This document shows, in pieces, positions 6,186 to 9,971 of a DNA stretch of 9,971 nucleotides. The notes beneath the pieces are model-generated. The model was not told the DNA's origin. It searched no databases and worked only from the letters and a program-made list of their open reading frames with translations. The DNA lies in contig NZ_LWLG01000025.1 in NCBI RefSeq assembly GCF_001652585.1, positions 1 through 9,971 on the forward strand, written 5' to 3'. This DNA is from Thermosulfurimonas dismutans (GTDB lineage Bacteria > Desulfobacterota > Thermodesulfobacteria > Thermodesulfobacteriales > Thermodesulfobacteriaceae). Numbering within the stretch: position 1 is the stretch's first letter; the number at the start of each line of letters is the position of its first letter. The translations under genes were made by a program, and so were the position numbers.

Positions 6186-7481
6186 ATGGGGTGGAGGGTG
6201 AGGTTTAAAGGATTTGCCTTCCGCCGGGAGGGGTTGCCGATACTGGCCCTTGCGGCCTACGACCTCTGGCTTCTGGCCTTTCCTCTTCAGGGTTACTTTT
6301 TCCTCAAAATGAACGGACCGGAGAACTTCTCCTGGTTCATCATCCCGCATACCGCAAGTTTTTTCCTAGTGGCCTGGCTCGGGCATCGGATAAACTTCCG
6401 GGTGGTCTCGCTTTTTGCCGGAACTCTGGCCGCCATCTTCACCGCGGTTTATCCCTTCCTGCCCCCTTTCCAGAAGTATCTCCTTGCCCTCATAGGCATT
6501 ACCTCAGCCTTTCTCATCGTGCGGATCGGGTGCCTCCTACGGCGCTGTCGCGATCCGGTGATGGCCTCGGCCCTGGGCCTGGCCCTGGGAAATGTGCTCT
6601 TGGGGATCACTCTCTGGGTTAATCCCCCCAAAGAGGCACTTTTCCCCCTGCTCGGGATCCTCCTCCTTTCCCAGGTACCGGCTCCGTTCTATCCTCAGAG
6701 AAAAGAACCCTTGGGAGACCTCTTGCGTTATCTCCCTTTCATCTTCGCCTTTTACCTTCTAATCGGAACCTTTTATGTGTGTCTCATGCCTTTCTATGTT
6801 AAGTATTACTATTTCAACGGAAGTGAACTCCTTTTTTACATCGGAGCGGTGCTCTCTTCGGCAGTTCTCTTTCGGAAAAAGCCCGACTACTCCCTGGTGG
6901 TGGGGGTGGGGATGGGGGTTTTCGCCGTGGCCTTTCTTCACAGTTTCACCAGGCTTACGAGCAATCTAGCCATGTATGCCGTGCAGGCCGCAGCGGGTCT
7001 CATAGATGTTTTCTGTTTCGGGCTCTTTATCCGGGGCGGAGATGTGGTGCGAAGGTTCGGTCTCGGAGCCGGAACCATGCTCGCCGGACCTATGGTGGGA
7101 CTTCCCGTGCTTTATACCGAGCGCTGGCCCATGGTTCTCTGCACCGGAGGCAACATCGTCCTGGGGCTGGGGCTTCTCCTGTTTTACTTCGTGCAGACTA
7201 CGGTGCGGGGAAGAGAAATTTACAGAAGAAAAGCTTCCCTCGTAACGGAGATAGACGAAACTCGTCTAGCCGAAACCTGTCGGGCTCTGGGAACTCCGCG
7301 GGAACTTTTCTCCTATCGGGAATGGGAGATCCTCAAGCTCACCCTTTCCGGAAAACCCATCCGGGAAATCGCATCACTTCTCAATCTTTCCGAATCCTCG
7401 GTAAAAACTTATCTCCAGCGGGTTTACCGAAAACTCGGCGTCTCCTCTAAAAGCGACCTCCTACAGAAACTCCTTAGCTAA
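6186..7481 (+). CDS. polytopic membrane protein (about 12 predicted TM helices) fused to a C-terminal LuxR/GerE-family HTH DNA-binding domain
   Basis: The ORF encodes 431 aa. By eye, residues about 17-335 contain roughly 12 hydrophobic 18-22-aa segments. Residues about 375-431 (nt 7308-7478), FSYREWEILKLTLSGKPIREIASLLNLSESSVKTYLQRVYRKLGVSSKSDLLQKLLS, match the LuxR/GerE HTH pattern (..E.eiL.l...G....EIA..L..S..TVK.h....KLgv..r..l). The start codon is uncertain because there is no convincing SD. An in-frame ATG at 6310 is an alternative. Confidence 0.85.
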   Translation: MGWRVRFKGFAFRREGLPILALAAYDLWLLAFPLQGYFFLKMNGPENFSWFIIPHTASFFLVAWLGHRINFRVVSLFAGTLAAIFTAVYPFLPPFQKYLLALIGITSAFLIVRIGCLLRRCRDPVMASALGLALGNVLLGITLWVNPPKEALFPLLGILLLSQVPAPFYPQRKEPLGDLLRYLPFIFAFYLLIGTFYVCLMPFYVKYYYFNGSELLFYIGAVLSSAVLFRKKPDYSLVVGVGMGVFAVAFLHSFTRLTSNLAMYAVQAAAGLIDVFCFGLFIRGGDVVRRFGLGAGTMLAGPMVGLPVLYTERWPMVLCTGGNIVLGLGLLLFYFVQTTVRGREIYRRKASLVTEIDETRLAETCRALGTPRELFSYREWEILKLTLSGKPIREIASLLNLSESSVKTYLQRVYRKLGVSSKSDLLQKLLS

Positions 7482-7510
7482 AGGACCTCATCGGTAAAAA
7501 GTCCTTTCTT
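7480..7510 (+). terminator. weak candidate intrinsic terminator after the LuxR-type gene
   Basis: AAAGGAC (7480-7486) pairs with GTCCTTT (7501-7507) around a 14-nt loop, followed by CTT. The stem is AT-rich and short, the loop is large, and the U-tract is poor. Confidence 0.2.
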
Positions 7511-7579
7511 CCAGAAATTCAGAGGCGATAAGCCAGGGGGGTTTCCCGGTCCGAATTTTTGGATAAAGTAGTTAAAGAG

Positions 7580-9127
7580 ATGAAGAAAAAGCTCCCCGTG
7601 GGAATTCAGAGTTTTGAGGTCATCCGCACAGAGGGGTACTACTATGTGGACAAGACCCCTTTTGTGAGGAAACTGGTTGACGAAGGGAAGTTTTATTTTC
7701 TGGCCCGGCCCAGGCGTTTCGGAAAGTCGCTTTTTCTGGACACTTTGAAACAGGCCTTTTTAGGGCGCCGTGAGCTTTTCGAAGGGCTTTATCTCGAAAA
7801 ACATTGGGATTGGTCGGTGCAATATCCCGTTATCCACATCTCCTTTGGAGCGGGAGTAGTAGAAGGTATAAACGATCTAATTGATTCCATATTTTTTATC
7901 CTCGAACGAAATCAGGAGAACTTGGGCATAAATTGCAAGTCTACTAGAAATTATAAGAATTGCCTTCACGAACTTATTATCCGGGCCGCAGAGAAATTTT
8001 CTCAAAAGGTGGTCGTTCTAATAGACGAATACGATAAACCCATCCTGGACCGGATAGAAGACCGAGAAACGGCTTTAGCCATCCGTGAAAAACTCAAGAA
8101 CCTTTACTCCGTCTTAAAAGACGCCGACCCCTACCTCAAACTGGTCTTCATTACCGGAGTCTCCAAGTTCTCCAAAGTCTCCCTCTTCTCCGGCCTCAAC
8201 AACCTCAAAGACCTCACCCTTCACCCGGAGTTTGCCACCATCTGCGGCTATACCCAGGAGGAACTTGAAACCGTCTTTGCCGAACGCCTTAAAGACCTCG
8301 ATCTCGAAGAAATCCGTCGCTGGTATAACGGCTACAACTTCCTCGGCCCGCCGGTCTATAACCCCTTCGATATACTCCTCTGCCTGGACTCCGGACTTTT
8401 CCGTCCCTACTGGTTCGAGACCGGAACCCCCACCTTCCTCATCAAGCTCCTCGTGGAAAACCGTTTCTTCATTCCCGACCTCGAACACCTCCAGGCCGGA
8501 GACGAAATCCTCGAAAGCTTCGATGTGGACTCCATCGCCCCGGAAACCCTCCTCTTCCAGACCGGCTACCTCACCATCGACTTCGTGGAAAGGGCTTCTG
8601 GTATGACCATCTATACCCTCCGCTATCCCAACCTCGAAGTCAAAACCGCCTTCACCCGCCACCTTCTGGACTACCTGGTCCGGAACCGCCGCGAGCGAGA
8701 AAAAAACCTCATCCGTCTCTATCGCATCTTCCAGAAAAACGACCTTCAGGCCCTACGGGACCTCTTCCACGCCTTCTTTGCCTCCATTCCGCACGACTGG
8801 TACCGCAAGTCCGAGATCCAGAACTACGAGGGCTACTACGCCTCCATCTTTTACGCCTACTTTTCCGCCCTGGGGCTCCAAGTAAAGGTGGGAGACCCGA
8901 CGAGCCACGGGCGGCTCGATATGGCCGTGGAATTTGAGGACCGGTGTTATCTTTTTGAGTTCAAGGTGGTAGAACTTGAGCCCGAGGGGCGGGCGCTAGA
9001 GACTTTGAGGAACCGAGGATACCATGAGAAGTATCTTGACCGTTTCCGAGAAGTCTATCTTATCGGTGTGGAATTCAGCCGCACGGAGCGCAACATCGTG
9101 ACTTTTGAATGGGAGAGGATGAAGTAA
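7580..9127 (+). CDS. AAA-ATPase-like domain protein with C-terminal PD-(D/E)XK nuclease-like domain (PF09820/PF08011-type architecture, function unknown)
   Basis: The N-terminus MKKKLPVGIQSFEVIRTEGYYYVDKTPF is typical of this family as I remember it. The P-loop-like motif is ARPRRFGKS, the Walker-B-like motif is VVVLIDEYDKP, and the C-terminal GRLDMAV...CYLFEFKV fits a D...E.K nuclease core. The supplied track starts at TTG 7559, which adds 7 aa. I prefer ATG 7580 by analogy to family N-termini. Neither start has a good SD. Confidence 0.85.
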   Translation: MKKKLPVGIQSFEVIRTEGYYYVDKTPFVRKLVDEGKFYFLARPRRFGKSLFLDTLKQAFLGRRELFEGLYLEKHWDWSVQYPVIHISFGAGVVEGINDLIDSIFFILERNQENLGINCKSTRNYKNCLHELIIRAAEKFSQKVVVLIDEYDKPILDRIEDRETALAIREKLKNLYSVLKDADPYLKLVFITGVSKFSKVSLFSGLNNLKDLTLHPEFATICGYTQEELETVFAERLKDLDLEEIRRWYNGYNFLGPPVYNPFDILLCLDSGLFRPYWFETGTPTFLIKLLVENRFFIPDLEHLQAGDEILESFDVDSIAPETLLFQTGYLTIDFVERASGMTIYTLRYPNLEVKTAFTRHLLDYLVRNRREREKNLIRLYRIFQKNDLQALRDLFHAFFASIPHDWYRKSEIQNYEGYYASIFYAYFSALGLQVKVGDPTSHGRLDMAVEFEDRCYLFEFKVVELEPEGRALETLRNRGYHEKYLDRFREVYLIGVEFSRTERNIVTFEWERMK

Positions 9128-9144
9128 ATGCACTACGATGGGGA

Positions 9145-9203
9145 GTGTCCACCCAATTGTGGAAATTGTAAAATGACCAAATCACAAAAAGGAGGGTGGA
9201 CAC
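9145..9203 (+). promoter_or_regulatory. 10-bp perfect inverted repeat able to pair the IS terminal repeat with the transposase RBS/start region
   Basis: GTGTCCACCC (9145-9154) is the exact reverse complement of GGGTGGACAC (9194-9203). The right arm covers the 3' half of the GGAGGG SD and the spacer up to 2 nt before the ATG. A TAAAAT -10-like hexamer (9169-9174) lies between the arms. Confidence 0.5.
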
Positions 9204-9204
9204 C

Positions 9205-9971
9205 ATGAGCAAAATTCAGAAGGCCACTAAGCCACAGGAAGTACAAGCCACCATCAAAGAGTTTACTCGAGAATTCCTGGGAGAGGTTCTGGAAGCCGAA
9301 CTGGAAGAGTTCTTAGGCTACAAGAAGTACGAGCGCTCTGATTCGGACAATTATCGGAACGGCTACACTCCCAAGAGCGTGAAAACCACCTGTGGCCCTA
9401 TTGAGCTCCTAGTTCCCAGAGACCGGAAAGGGGAATTTGAGCCCCAACTTATCAGGAAGCGTCAAACCATGCTTGATGAGATAGAAAATCAGATAACAGC
9501 CCTTTATGCCAAGGGTATGAGTACCCGAGATATCCAGGAGATTCTTTCTGATATGTATGGTTTTGACGTAAGCCCTTCTCTGATTTCCAAGATCACAGAC
9601 CGGATTCTGCCCAAGATCAAGGAATGGCAAGCCCGTCCACTCAAAGAAAAATATTTTCTACTTTGGATCGATTGCATTTTCTACAACATCCGAGAGGATG
9701 GTCAAGTAAGGAAGAAAGCCATCGATGTAGTTATAAGTATAGATCTTGAAGGCTACAAGGAAATTTTGGGCTTTTGGATAGACGGGACAGAGTCTAGCCG
9801 ATTTTGGCTAGGAGTGCTCAATGATCTTAAGGCTCGGGGGGTAAGAGATGTCTTCATTTTCAGCGTGGATGGGTTAACAGGGTTAGATAAAGCTATAGAG
9901 GCAACCTTTCCGAAGGCGGATATTCAGAGGTGTGTGGTACACCAGATCAGGAATTCTTTGAGATATGTTTC
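9205..9971 (+). CDS. IS256-family (Mutator-like) transposase, N-terminal 255 codons, 3' end outside the window
   Basis: Missing from the ORF track because there is no stop inside the window. GGAGGG (9191-9196) lies 8 nt before the ATG at 9205. My translation is MSKIQKATKPQEVQATIKEFTREFLGEVLEAELEEFLGYKKYERSDSDNYRNGYTPKSVKTTCGPIELLVPRDRKGEFEPQLIRKRQTMLDEIENQITALYAKGMSTRDIQEILSDMYGFDVSPSLISKITDRILPKIKEWQARPL...WIDCIF...EILGFWI...FWLGVLNDLKARGVRDVFIFSVDGLTGLDKAIEATFPKADIQRCVVHQIRNSLRYV. It carries the family hallmarks NGY..K, VPRDR.G.F.P, LYAKGMSTRDI, EWQ.RPL, DGL.G and Q.C.VH..RN. Confidence 0.95.
   Translation, partial: MSKIQKATKPQEVQATIKEFTREFLGEVLEAELEEFLGYKKYERSDSDNYRNGYTPKSVKTTCGPIELLVPRDRKGEFEPQLIRKRQTMLDEIENQITALYAKGMSTRDIQEILSDMYGFDVSPSLISKITDRILPKIKEWQARPLKEKYFLLWIDCIFYNIREDGQVRKKAIDVVISIDLEGYKEILGFWIDGTESSRFWLGVLNDLKARGVRDVFIFSVDGLTGLDKAIEATFPKADIQRCVVHQIRNSLRYV

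Larger units (their letters stand above)
9141..9971 (+). mobile_element. IS256-family insertion sequence, left end and 5' two-thirds, truncated by the window edge
   Basis: It contains the IS256-family transposase ORF. The candidate left terminal inverted repeat GGGAGTGTCCACCCAATTGTGGAAAT (9141-9166) resembles, from memory, the IS256 IRL core (..GTCC....AATTGTG.AAA.). The left boundary is approximate and could lie anywhere in 9128-9145. Confidence 0.8.

Noticed and set aside
5894-6350. ORFs 5894-6151 (+) and 6063-6350 (-) spanning the divergent intergenic region
   Set aside because: They run antisense through the signal-peptide codons or the regulator's 5' end and across the repeat-rich promoter region. 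For example, the SELRYSELR peptide is just the translated 15-bp tandem repeat. Neither has an RBS or a recognisable motif.
6449-7245. Small ORFs inside the LuxR-type gene (6449-6631 -, 6759-6941 -, 6775-6969 +, 7006-7245 +)
   Set aside because: They are nested within a coherent 431-aa membrane-plus-HTH ORF. The translations are Trp/Gly/Arg-rich nonsense.
7531-7560. The G-rich/C-rich stretch CCAGGGGGGTTTCCCGGTCCG upstream of the ATPase-nuclease gene, considered as a possible hairpin or regulatory site
   Set aside because: The arms are not complementary (GGGTTTCCC is not a palindrome), no convincing -35/-10 pair sits next to it, and I cannot support a specific call.
8114-8662. A 182-aa minus-strand ORF and a 124-aa plus-strand ORF (8232-8606) overlapping the ATPase-nuclease gene, considered as possible overlapping genes
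   Set aside because: They coincide with the C-rich, G-poor codon-biased segment, which removes stop codons in several frames. The translations are extremely acidic or Ser/Pro-rich with no motif, whereas the annotated frame carries recognisable family motifs throughout.
9409-9630. A 73-aa minus-strand ORF
   Set aside because: It lies inside the IS256-family transposase reading frame, which has unmistakable family motifs. It is an antisense artefact.

Overview
This looks like an accessory locus from an unidentified prokaryote. The lipobox and AGGAG/GGAGG ribosome-binding sites are bacterial in style, and GC is roughly 50% by eye. I saw no rRNA, tRNA or CRISPR array. On the minus strand, one 5.7-kb gene (325-6012) encodes a 1,895-aa lipoprotein. 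It has a lipobox and Gly7 tether, a CarboxypepD_reg-like beta-sandwich, PKD/Ig-like modules, more than 900 aa I cannot assign, and a C-terminal array of seven 45-51-aa propeller-type repeats. Small ORFs follow it at 13-325. A 173-bp divergent control region (6013-6185) carries three distinct repeat motifs. On the plus strand lie three genes: a roughly 12-TM membrane protein fused to a C-terminal LuxR/GerE HTH (6186-7481), an AAA-ATPase-like/PD-(D/E)XK fusion protein (7580 or 7559 to 9127), and the 5' part of an IS256-family insertion sequence. The IS256 transposase ORF (9205 to beyond 9971) is absent from the supplied ORF track because it runs off the window. The main leads are the head-to-head pairing of the membrane-embedded LuxR regulator with the giant, sequon-rich, cysteine-paired surface lipoprotein, the repeat-rich control region between them, an abrupt intragenic codon-usage change in the ATPase-nuclease gene, and an RBS-occluding hairpin at the IS end. 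All family assignments come from motif recognition by eye. No database search was run.
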